Of a stretch of DNA of 64,000 bases, positions 20,901-27,990 are shown one piece after another. The position numbers were made by a program, and so were the translations under genes. Under the pieces are notes generated by a model. That model saw nothing but the letters and a program-made list of their open reading frames with translations. It was not told the DNA's origin and ran no database searches. Origin of the DNA: a virus; IMG/VR virus record IMGVR_UViG_3300043787_000193, positions 7,230 through 71,229 of that record; one strand, given 5' to 3'. Position 1 is the first letter of the stretch, and every line of letters starts with the position of its first letter.

Positions 20901-23900
20901 GGAAGACCAAGCCCTTATCCAGCAACTCCTTTGCGACTTCAGCGAGATCCTTGCCGGCGAGCTGTGCCATGAACTCCAGGTCGGGCCGGCCACGTTCGTT
21001 GAGCACCTGAAAGAGCGCGTCTTTCGGGTTGGAGGAGAGTGAAGTTGCGGTCAACTGCTCGCGCGGGAAGATGGTGCGCCGGGTGAAGATTTCCGCCGGT
21101 GTGGTTCGCTTGGTGGTCTTGTTGAATTGTTCCAGGGCCGCGAGGCGCGGGTAGTACGGGTCTTGCCCGAAGACGTTCGCCGCCGCGGGGCTGCGCACCA
21201 GGCCGTGCTTGTCGAGGTAGGTTTTGTAATCCTTCAGCAAAGCCTTCTGCTTCTGGGCCACGATGCTGTTCCCGATGTCGTCGTTGGGAACGGTTTTCAT
21301 GGTGTACATCAGATCGGTGAGGGTGTCGCGCAGCTTGATCAGCTTCTTGACTCGATCCACAAACACCGGAGACGTTCCGCCTTCCTTGGCGCGGATGTTC
21401 GGCGGGTTCAGCAGAGTCCCACCGTTGTGCTTCTGGCGGACCTCGCCCTTGTCGTCAAGGAAGTAGTTGCCGTCGATCAGGTGCTCGGGGGCGAGGTTCA
21501 AAGTCTCAGCCGGGAATAGTCGCGTGGATTTGTAATCGTCGATGACGTTCTTCGGCACGCGCTCCAGGGCTTCCTTGAGTTGATCTTCGAAGGGCTTCTC
21601 TTTATCCGGCAGCAGCACGAGATCGTTCGAGCCGTACATGCGGCGCGAGATGGCGAGTTTGCCGAGCATGTTCTCGGGGTGCTTATTGAAGTACTCGTTC
21701 AGAAAATCCTTCGCCATGCCGCCGTCTTGCTCGTGCGGGGCTTCGACGGGAACGACCTTGGTGAAAGGCTGGCCTTCGGACTCAACCCCTGGCGCGCGCT
21801 TTTGAAAGATCAGCAAATCGGTGGTGACGTGGGTGCCGGCGGTCTTCTCGAATGTCGTAGCAGGGAAGCGAAGGGCAAATACCAGATCGGCCTTATTCGC
21901 CATGACCTCCCGGATGCGCTCGTTCGGTTTATCGAGTGTGCCGGTTGAGGAGATCAGCGCCGCCACTCCGCCGGGCCGCAATTTGTCGAGAGACTTCACG
22001 ATGAAGTAATCGTGGATGCGCGCCTTCAGCTTGGGATAGTGCGGGTCAAAGATTTCCTCCCCGAACGGAACGTTGCCGATCACCATGTCAATGGAGTTGT
22101 CCGGCAGCATGAGATCGACGAAGTTCTTGTTAAACAGGTTCGCCGAGGGATATAGCAATTTTGCGATGTTGAACGTGGTCGGGTCGAGTTCATTGCCGAT
22201 GGCCTGGCTCTTACCGCGGATCGCCTTCGGCATCGTCCCAAAGAAGTTCCCGCTACCCATCGAGGGCTCTAACAACGTTCCGCCCGTGAAGCCGAGCCGC
22301 TTGGCGGCGTCCCACATGAAGCGCGTGATCTGCGGGGAAGTGAAGTGGGCGTTGATGGTCGAGGCGCGGGCGCGCGTGATCTCGTCCGGAGTCATCAACT
22401 CTTTGAGTTGGTTGTGGGCTTCGATCCACTTCTTCTGTTCGCCGTAGGGAGAATCGTAGGGACGGAAAGCGTGCGGCAGTGCGCCCCAGCCCACGTAGTG
22501 CGCCAGAGCATCACGGTCTTCGTCGGTGAGTTTGATTTCGCCGGCGAGAACTTTCTTGAGGATGTTAAGGGCTTTGAGATTCCACGCGAGGCGTTGCGTG
22601 TTGCCGGCGGCGACCGAGAAATCTTCCGGATGAGTGAACCAGTCGGCGTTCTTGCGAGTGGCTACGCCTTCTGTTCTTCGAGTTCCGCGTCCTCCGGCAG
22701 TCTCTCCGACGGCAGGAATAGGTGTTCGTTCGCCAGTTCCTGTGCCTGGTCGAGGCTCAACCCCTTCTTTTCCGCTTCCTGCAACACGCGGACTGCGTTC
22801 TCCGCCGCGTTGTCCAGGCGTGGATTCAACTGATTGCTCCGTTCGAGCGACTTCACCAGCTTGGGGTTCCACTCGCGCCAGTTCCGCTCCGCGTCCGCTC
22901 TCAGGACTGGGAACCTCGCGTCTTCCTTCGGTGGTAGGCTGAGGTTGTTCATGGCCTGCTCCGGGCTCTATTTTAGCCCCGTTGGGAGCGGTTGGCGCAA
23001 GATTTTCTTTTGTGGGCTCTACCGCTTGGCCGCGGAAGGTGAAGGGGTGTTTCTTACGGTAGGCCTGCTCTTTCTGCAACATCGCCAGTTCTTTTTGCAG
23101 GGCTGGAACCGTGGCCGCGCGATTCGGATTCGCAATGTGAGCCTCAACCTGCGCCGCCCGTTTCGCGATAACTTCGTCGCTGGCTTTCTGGATCGGATGC
23201 CAGTCTCCCTTAAAGAAGAAGCCTTTCTCGTGACCCTGTTCCATCTCCGGAGTGTGTTCTGCCGCCGCCGGCTTCGCTTCCGCATTCCTAGTGTCGATCC
23301 AGTCTTCAGCTTCTGCGCGGGTTTTGAATCCGGTTGCAACCGTTTTCGTTGGCCCAGAGGTGTCGATAACGTTGAAGCCAGCGCCAACACCCGGCATTGC
23401 CACTTCGTATTGTGGCTTTTCGGTGACCGGAGTCGCAGCAATGCCGCCCTCTTCGGTCGGGGTGATCTCGTGTTTCTGCCAGGAGAATTTCGGCTTGGGC
23501 TTTTCTGCGACAGCGACGCCTTCATCCTTAGGTCGCTCGAAGGCTTCCAGATTCTCAAGCTTGATATTCTCGACGTGGCCGCTGAGTTCTTCGCTGCCGT
23601 GCCCAACGTAGCGTTCCACTGTGGCTGATTTCGCGTCGGAGTCAACGATCTTGCCGTGGCGCACGGTGCCGCTCTTATCGGTCCAGCGAACAGGCTGCCC
23701 GTCTTTGAACTTCGGCCCCCCACCCTTCCCAACTCCCGCTCCCACAAACGTCGGCAGCCCATAAGAGTAGTTCGGCTCGACTTGCGGAGTGACGGGCTTC
23801 TTCGGTTTCTCCAGCGCGATCTCCGGCATCTTCATCCCCGCCGCCGTGCCGCGCTTCGTCATAAACGACTTGATCGGCGACATCGCTTTCGCGAGAGCCT

Positions 23901-26900
23901 CTTCGGTCGCGAGCTTCGGACTCTGAATTAAATCCATCAGGGATTGCGCTGCGTGCGCGGGCGCTTTCCAGTAGGGCCATCCGTCGCTGTGGGAATCGAC
24001 TTCTTCGACAAATTCTTTGAGGAACTTTGTGGCCTTGCCGAGTACGGGATGTTTGGCGAATCGTTCTACGGCTTCATCCACATCCCAGCGGTTCAGCCAG
24101 TGGCCGTGGGGGATTTCGACCGGTCGCGTCTCGCCGGCGCCCGACGACTGATCCGTCGTTTCCTCCGGCGCAGGCGACGGCTTCGCTCTCCACGATTCCC
24201 GTCGCGGGGCGGGCTTGCCCTCCAGCTTGACCATTTCCTGCGATCCATCTTTTTTCGAGATGGCGATTTCTGAGACCGTGAACTTCTTTCCCTTGGTGAC
24301 ATCCATCCCCACGTAGCGATCCGCTTTCGCTGGATCCACGTAAGCCACCGTTGCGTGCGGTTTGTACTCTTTGAACGAGGGTTCGGCGAAGTCTCCGTGC
24401 TTTTCGAGGTCCGCGTTCAGGCGATGCAACTCTGGGGCAACGATTGGCGCGATGATCGGGGCAGAGCCTTCGGAGTGTTCGCTGACGGGGAATTTCTCGG
24501 TCGGGCCGAGCGACGCCTCAAACGGAGCTTGTTCGGAGAGGAACTTGCGGACGCCTTCGGTATCTTCCCCTTGAATCCCATATCTGACGGTAACGTGATT
24601 GCCGCCGTCCCCAATTTCTTTTCCCTTACCCGCGAGGTCGGAGTCCGAGATGCGAGAGCGCGCCGATTCTAGGGCTTTCGCCGCTTCGGATTCGGCGGGG
24701 ATGTTGGCCTGAGTGGAACCAAATTTGTACTTCGGGGTTTCAGCTTCAGCAACTTTCGCAATTTGCGCTGGTTCTCCGGGCGGCTGAGGATGTCCGCTAC
24801 CGCTGGGTCGTCCAGCAGTTTCAGCAGGGATTCCGCCTGCTCCGCTCGGCTCACGAGGCGGAAGGGCAGTTGAAACGGTTTCATTGGCTGGGGTTTTGGC
24901 GGGTTCCGCAACCGCTCCAGATACAACTCGTTGCACCGCTCCACCGTTAGGTCCACGATCTGCTGTATTGTGATCTGCGCCATTTCCCGATTCTACTTTC
25001 TTCCCCGGTTCAACCGCTCCCCCTTTTTCTCGTCCGCTTCTGGTGATGAATCCCCCCGGCTTCGGCTTCTCTCCCAACTCCATTTCCAAGTTGCGGGAGT
25101 GGGTGACGACGACCGGCTTTTCCCCCTTAGCGACTAACGCTTCGACATCCTTCAATGCCGCATCTTGCCGCTCGCGGGCCTGATTCCACGTTTCGCCGCC
25201 TTTCGGAAGCTGGTCAGGGTTCTGCTCGTAGGAGTTCCAGATGGGAGTAGCTTCGCCGACCTTTAGGCCTTCGGTTTCCGGAACGTGCTGCGGGCGGAGG
25301 CGAGAATCTTCTTGGACCGGTATTCCTAATTGCTTGCCGACGATGTCTGCGGTCTGTCGGGCGCGGGGTAAATCGCTGGTGATGATCACTGTCGGCTTTT
25401 GCTCTTGGATGCCCGCAGCGAGCTTCTGGGCGGCGGCTCGGCCCCGTTCGTCAAGGGGTTCGTCCGTCCAGCCGGCTACGGTCTCGTTCGCCCCCGCCTG
25501 GTCGAGTTTGGTTTCCCCGTGGCGGGCGAAGATGATGGAGCCTTTGGTGACGTCAGATTGGGCGACTTGTTCTACTGCGGGTGCGCTGGCTCGTCCTGAA
25601 TTCTCTGGAGTTCCTTCGCCGAGATGAACCACCCCTGACTCGCCAGCGCTTCCGAGATTTCCTGTTTCGTTCGCGGGTCGCGTGCTAACGCCGCGCGCAG
25701 TTCCTTGTTCGTCCTGATGAAGTCCCCTGCGTCCATTCGGGAGGCCATTTTCTTGAGTGCCGCTCTGAGCCGCTCGTGCACTTCCATTGCCCGATTCTAC
25801 CTCCGCCCTCTTCACCGCTCCCCATTTTTCTGCCGGGACACTGGCTTTTCCCCCACCATCGAGCGCCACACGAATCAGTCTTGAATTGGCGTGGGCAACC
25901 GTTCCAGTATCGCCCTTCGGTAGGACAACCCGATCTCCGACTGCAAATGCTTGCGATGGCTTCCCCGGTTCCTGAGTTGATTCGTCGAGCGTAAATCCGG
26001 CGGGAGGGGCGGGAACTGGTTCTGCGGCTGCTTTCTTTGCTTGCGCGTCTTGCCGGCCGATTTCTTCATTGATCAACCTCTGGGCCAAAGTCTCCGCTTG
26101 TTTCTGGTTGCGCACGATCTCGACTTTGCCGTCGATGGTGAGCTTGCCCTGGTTCAATAATTCTGTGGCGAGGGCGGTGTGTGCCGCGAGCGTCGCCTGC
26201 GGCCGCTCTTCGTGCGGAAGTTTCGCGATCTTGTCCCCGATGTCCGCGATCTCGTCCATGCTGATCGAGTGCATGGGTTGGACTTGGCCAGGTAAGGCAA
26301 GAGGAGGTTCTCCGGGCTGACGCGGGGCGGGCGGCGGAGGTGTCGGGCTGAAGCGTCCGGCACGTCGCAGAATGTCGGCTGAATGGTTGAGGTTTGTCAT
26401 CTCCTCCATGTGTGCCGGATTCACGTCGGGGTGAAGATTGAAAGCCGCAGCACGGTGAGCTGCGTTGAATTGCTCAAGCGCCGGTTCTGCAGGAAGATCG
26501 ACGCCTGTGTAGTTGTAGACCAGGTTCCGGAACAGTGCTTCAGCTCGAGGAACGCCTTCGGGGGGAAGGGCTTCGTAGGGCTTGCCATGCAGGGCGGGAC
26601 TGAGTAACAGCGCTCCTACTCCGGTTTGTGCGCCGAGTTCCGCGCGCTGCTCGGGCGTCATCTCATCCCAGTGCTCGTAGAGATTCTGGGCTCCCTCTGC
26701 GGTCTGCAATCCGATTTGGCCCCGGAAGCCTACGGACATCAGTTTTTGCAACAAGGGCCGGGCCGCACTGCTGGCGAAGAACGGCCACATGCGCGGATCA
26801 GCTACAACGCCGCCAGCCATTTCTCCAGCACCTTTCAACACCCCCTGCTCGACCGGATGTTCCTCTTCGGCTTCTGCGGTCAATTGGGCGAATGGGGTAG

Positions 26901-27381
26901 AGTTCTGCGCCGCCGGATAATCGGCAGGCGGCGCTCCAGTGTGTGCAGCGGCAGTGTAAGGCGCTGCCGCTCCGAATCCTTTGGCCAATTCTCCGCCCGC
27001 TTTCGCACCTGCCTGCGCCGCGCGAACCGGAAGCTGCACAACCTTATTGGCGGTGGCGAGGGCGGGCATCACAGATTGCGGGACAGCTTCACCCCCGCCC
27101 GTTCCCGTGGTAGCGGCTTCGAGCAAGTCGAGAGCGCCCTCCTTACCCTTGACGATCTGCGCCTTCGGCGGCGGCGTGCTGAAATCAAAATTACTTTTCG
27201 CCTCGGGTATCGTCCCGCTCCAACTCGGTCGCCGTTGGTTCATCGTCACAGGCACAGACGGAGTTGCGCCTGTATCCGCATCCAGCGCAAAGCCTTTCGG
27301 CGGCGGCGGCACTGCCCCCGAAGAGTCGTCGTCTAAGACGAAACCCTTCGGAGGCGCCGGGATGTCCTGAACTTCAGGCAA
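14914..27381 (-). CDS. Giant DarB-like polyvalent virion protein (J-like, His-phosphatase, 2H phosphoesterase, N6-MTase, SNF2 helicase)
   Basis: LHPDVNP; ARHGET...VTH; HVTV/HATV; LLEPSMGSGNF and GNVPF; VGAGKT, DEAH, ATGTP, QRTGRIERQGN. Confidence 0.9.
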   Translation of the reverse strand: MPEVQDIPAPPKGFVLDDDSSGAVPPPPKGFALDADTGATPSVPVTMNQRRPSWSGTIPEAKSNFDFSTPPPKAQIVKGKEGALDLLEAATTGTGGGEAVPQSVMPALATANKVVQLPVRAAQAGAKAGGELAKGFGAAAPYTAAAHTGAPPADYPAAQNSTPFAQLTAEAEEEHPVEQGVLKGAGEMAGGVVADPRMWPFFASSAARPLLQKLMSVGFRGQIGLQTAEGAQNLYEHWDEMTPEQRAELGAQTGVGALLLSPALHGKPYEALPPEGVPRAEALFRNLVYNYTGVDLPAEPALEQFNAAHRAAAFNLHPDVNPAHMEEMTNLNHSADILRRAGRFSPTPPPPAPRQPGEPPLALPGQVQPMHSISMDEIADIGDKIAKLPHEERPQATLAAHTALATELLNQGKLTIDGKVEIVRNQKQAETLAQRLINEEIGRQDAQAKKAAAEPVPAPPAGFTLDESTQEPGKPSQAFAVGDRVVLPKGDTGTVAHANSRLIRVALDGGGKASVPAEKWGAVKRAEVESGNGSARAAQSGTQENGLPNGRRGLHQDEQGTARGVSTRPANETGNLGSAGESGVVHLGEGTPENSGRASAPAVEQVAQSDVTKGSIIFARHGETKLDQAGANETVAGWTDEPLDERGRAAAQKLAAGIQEQKPTVIITSDLPRARQTADIVGKQLGIPVQEDSRLRPQHVPETEGLKVGEATPIWNSYEQNPDQLPKGGETWNQARERQDAALKDVEALVAKGEKPVVVTHSRNLEMELGEKPKPGGFITRSGREKGGAVEPGKKVESGNGADHNTADRGPNGGAVQRVVSGAVAEPAKTPANETVSTALPPREPSGAGGIPAETAGRPSGSGHPQPPGEPAQIAKVAEAETPKYKFGSTQANIPAESEAAKALESARSRISDSDLAGKGKEIGDGGNHVTVRYGIQGEDTEGVRKFLSEQAPFEASLGPTEKFPVSEHSEGSAPIIAPIVAPELHRLNADLEKHGDFAEPSFKEYKPHATVAYVDPAKADRYVGMDVTKGKKFTVSEIAISKKDGSQEMVKLEGKPAPRRESWRAKPSPAPEETTDQSSGAGETRPVEIPHGHWLNRWDVDEAVERFAKHPVLGKATKFLKEFVEEVDSHSDGWPYWKAPAHAAQSLMDLIQSPKLATEEALAKAMSPIKSFMTKRGTAAGMKMPEIALEKPKKPVTPQVEPNYSYGLPTFVGAGVGKGGGPKFKDGQPVRWTDKSGTVRHGKIVDSDAKSATVERYVGHGSEELSGHVENIKLENLEAFERPKDEGVAVAEKPKPKFSWQKHEITPTEEGGIAATPVTEKPQYEVAMPGVGAGFNVIDTSGPTKTVATGFKTRAEAEDWIDTRNAEAKPAAAEHTPEMEQGHEKGFFFKGDWHPIQKASDEVIAKRAAQVEAHIANPNRAATVPALQKELAMLQKEQAYRKKHPFTFRGQAVEPTKENLAPTAPNGAKIEPGAGHEQPQPTTEGRREVPSPESGRGAELARVEPQAGEVARTEQSVESTPGQRGGERSPRVAGSGKEGVEPRPGTGTGERTPIPAVGETAGGRGTRRTEGVATRKNADWFTHPEDFSVAAGNTQRLAWNLKALNILKKVLAGEIKLTDEDRDALAHYVGWGALPHAFRPYDSPYGEQKKWIEAHNQLKELMTPDEITRARASTINAHFTSPQITRFMWDAAKRLGFTGGTLLEPSMGSGNFFGTMPKAIRGKSQAIGNELDPTTFNIAKLLYPSANLFNKNFVDLMLPDNSIDMVIGNVPFGEEIFDPHYPKLKARIHDYFIVKSLDKLRPGGVAALISSTGTLDKPNERIREVMANKADLVFALRFPATTFEKTAGTHVTTDLLIFQKRAPGVESEGQPFTKVVPVEAPHEQDGGMAKDFLNEYFNKHPENMLGKLAISRRMYGSNDLVLLPDKEKPFEDQLKEALERVPKNVIDDYKSTRLFPAETLNLAPEHLIDGNYFLDDKGEVRQKHNGGTLLNPPNIRAKEGGTSPVFVDRVKKLIKLRDTLTDLMYTMKTVPNDDIGNSIVAQKQKALLKDYKTYLDKHGLVRSPAAANVFGQDPYYPRLAALEQFNKTTKRTTPAEIFTRRTIFPREQLTATSLSSNPKDALFQVLNERGRPDLEFMAQLAGKDLAEVAKELLDKGLVFRDPVGGDYKMADDYLSGYVRDKLADAKAAVAQGAKEYQANVEALEKVIPPDKPIERIAVRPGATWIPTEATQQFLNDFLKQPYDVKVSSVGGTWKIDNTRESAENISQYGNAEFSATDLMELALNLKQPTSYDLQTYINDEGKTAERRVVNQKRTVAARELQEKLSDNFSKWMKDHREWSPQLARLFNDKYNNLVAPKADGAHLTFPGANLAVLRNSQFMPHQRDGIWRNVQQGRGLIAQVVGAGKTYNMIASGAELRRLGLAKKILYAVPNHLVEQWARDWSKLYPGANVMVVGKDDFSAKNRQIAMAKMANNDWDAIIMPHSHFNLMDISAERQRKTLEKDLDELEETIRGMEAQGRGNRDKASSRAHKRSVKQMEKAKANLEAKIASLANLKSDKAINFDDTGIDTLFVDEAHEYKNLLFYTKMQRVAGLAQGNAKRATRLKMKTDYLLDRNNNRGVYFATGTPVQNTMAEMYNMIRYVAPDVLEKAGIKYFDDWAANFGKIITAMELSPDAESYKPRSKFAEFTNVQELQRMFNSFADVKTNEDLPELKALLPKIEGGGPKMVSVKNPDIEPIVRNLVRRAAAIRGEGVPVLDDAGKPVMEEYTDPKTGKVGKRVKMEYFPKPKPEEDNMLSVVTEGRLAATDPRLLDPKASGQYSKIHDVVKNVVREYKDGEANKVTQMIFADRFRYTNPATKKEEFNLYHEIRDLLVKQGIPKNEIAIIHDYDNPEKKLALFDEVNEGKVRVLLGSTQKMGAGTNAQRRLIAEHHVDFPWKPGELEQRTGRIERQGNTNPVVRLYWYATEHSFDAYMGQTLEGKAKFIWQALAGKDVGDTITDAASDAVLSYEEMKAIASGNPDVKRKMELEAKIRKQEILSEQHDAQARQRQGLIESEENRIARFKAGKASMEQAAANYREATGADGKTFSLDILGQKFDDRTKANEWLEKQETPLSNLHLKLNGLPIIVEPKLKQGDSSDHLAEFLKKNPTKGINDYLRDRKESGKLSEGQVEYLEYRLPYPTIYRSWGGAGVGEHRGPEGIDGLSNGTYTAPETTLSSVVRSAEHVLRNLPHTIEEMEGAIKFRRDRVARLEELAKEEKAFDTKELTEGRRELREVNQRLGNDEFQAAHEQEIASDIDASADQGEDEPESGDSVLGRLIKDESGEARPGELAKAVAEAAGTIGNYVREVNRATELARNLQRGLETLDTRKQARILRAKDAFEKLKKQGLTHASDAVLYDHKEDPENVQLDARQDDWFDDVALPLDEQNTEYFEELTDGGIPIENYVSRSVKGKGGMLDRIARGVKAVGTRGTLSKSAPQTKTRTMMAIESPDGDERRVISIKDGKATMWVNGEPTELGAVKNAKGRSPVENETFPEGEPNSVFYEKGKIVEGPDGYDWKVTQATTKEIEANTELEYYHSLFASLFASNVQLGSAVDALRFLNAYKASPEFKEVAWNGTGNPPKGWKTTTLPQFRGYYFEPRTAEVLNDYAERLDKGQFGVLETVQKFLRAAYLINPIVHPLNVAASWGFEKGLSGFAPWKWKSIYKTGGKAVKAVLEKNQDFLDALDAGAALQSHREDLKDIHKLFFDRLAEGLDKKEHWAMKIAEALGIEHGNLLNLLHKPSSIAAWFSSDVMYLQAAYQYQSEHPGTSLSDAFKEVGKIIPEYRLPSRIADSRAASKIMGNPLISWFGAYHYGLLKSFAESAKSALGAQTPSAGRTKAEEVGKGWDRLAMLGLITMVLFPYVFDKAAQKLTGDKHARWRRPGPAGYVDAATQVAEHKQDVLSALQKVVTPSPFSKGAAELALNREFFSGHQIYDPHAPWDIQYQQLAHYLLGDFGQVGQYERAETTAQKKKFFWQQAGVQFGKTRAEKVAGDIAAAKVGTEAEYPEDHKSRVERREILDQLRQGNRQPLKDAEAKRELTHRQILSLEHRAKLDPLEDMVHNFTIAETEKVLEAARKDKDEHEIKMLEKILSQKKARARYSWQSPAPAQSELVAQ
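22662..22952 (-). CDS. Nested +1-frame gene, TnpV/DUF1896-like helical protein
   Basis: TAAAAT box and GGAG RBS upstream; NWREWNPKLVKSLERSNQL...AQELANEHLFLPSE; host frame is low-complexity over this span. Confidence 0.7.
   Translation of the reverse strand: MNNLSLPPKEDARFPVLRADAERNWREWNPKLVKSLERSNQLNPRLDNAAENAVRVLQEAEKKGLSLDQAQELANEHLFLPSERLPEDAELEEQKA
24669..24983 (-). CDS. Nested +1-frame gene, small helical protein
   Basis: TAGAAT-6 nt-ATG; L/E/K/Q-rich sequence while the host frame is G/A/P/E-rich linker. Confidence 0.6.
   Translation of the reverse strand: MAQITIQQIVDLTVERCNELYLERLRNPPKPQPMKPFQLPFRLVSRAEQAESLLKLLDDPAVADILSRPENQRKLRKLLKLKPRSTNLVPLRPTSPPNPKRRKP
25572..25787 (-). CDS. 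Nested +1-frame gene, small helical protein
   Basis: GGAGG-TAGAAT-6 nt-ATG; MEVHERLRAALKKMASRMD... Confidence 0.6.
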   Translation of the reverse strand: MEVHERLRAALKKMASRMDAGDFIRTNKELRAALARDPRTKQEISEALASQGWFISAKELQRIQDEPAHPQ

Positions 27382-27384
27382 GGT

Positions 27385-27987
27385 TTACTCGGTTGGTTCC
27401 GGGCTGTCCTGGGCAGGCTTCGGAGCTTCGGGCGCGGCGGGCGCTTGGTCAAGAAGCGTAGCGACATCTTGCCCGGTGGTATCCGTCGCTCCGTCCGGCG
27501 CGGGCGACGAGTCGGCGGGATCCGCAGGCGACGACGAGTCGGCGGTCGACGTCGGAGACGAATCCTCATCCTCATTCTCGTCTTCATCTTCCTCGGGCGC
27601 GGCGGGCGGTGTGTATTCTCCCGGTAGGAACCAGAACCGCTCGCTCTCTTGCGCTCCTTCGGCATCGACGTGAGGAACGTCGTGTTCCACGGAGACGGCG
27701 TTTTGCCAGTCCGCACCCATCATCGAATTCCCGTTGTGATAGATCAAGCTGATGCGCGGCGCGGAGCCGTTCTGCGATGGCGGTGCGACCAGCACCAGCG
27801 CATCGTCCACTACCAGTTCCGTGGGAACCGGCTTGTGATGGCGGAATTGGGTTTTCACCGTCTTGCTGCTTTTAGGATCGAGATCGGTGGGGTCTTTGCT
27901 TACGACCGTGAAGGGTTTGCCGAGAACCGAATGCCCGGTCGCGACGCGATGCTGAAACCTGACTGCGGTGCCTACTCCGTCGTTCAT
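27385..27987 (-). CDS. Hypothetical protein with acidic tail
   Basis: AGGAGG RBS; tightly packed in the operon. Confidence 0.7.
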   Translation of the reverse strand: MNDGVGTAVRFQHRVATGHSVLGKPFTVVSKDPTDLDPKSSKTVKTQFRHHKPVPTELVVDDALVLVAPPSQNGSAPRISLIYHNGNSMMGADWQNAVSVEHDVPHVDAEGAQESERFWFLPGEYTPPAAPEEDEDENEDEDSSPTSTADSSSPADPADSSPAPDGATDTTGQDVATLLDQAPAAPEAPKPAQDSPEPTE

Positions 27988-27990
27988 AAA

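Noticed and set aside
23019-24614. Other +1-frame ORFs inside the giant gene (23019-23762, 24093-24302, 24417-24614)
   Set aside because: R/S/P-rich shadow composition, they overlap folded host domains, and I saw no -10/SD signal, unlike the three accepted nested ORFs
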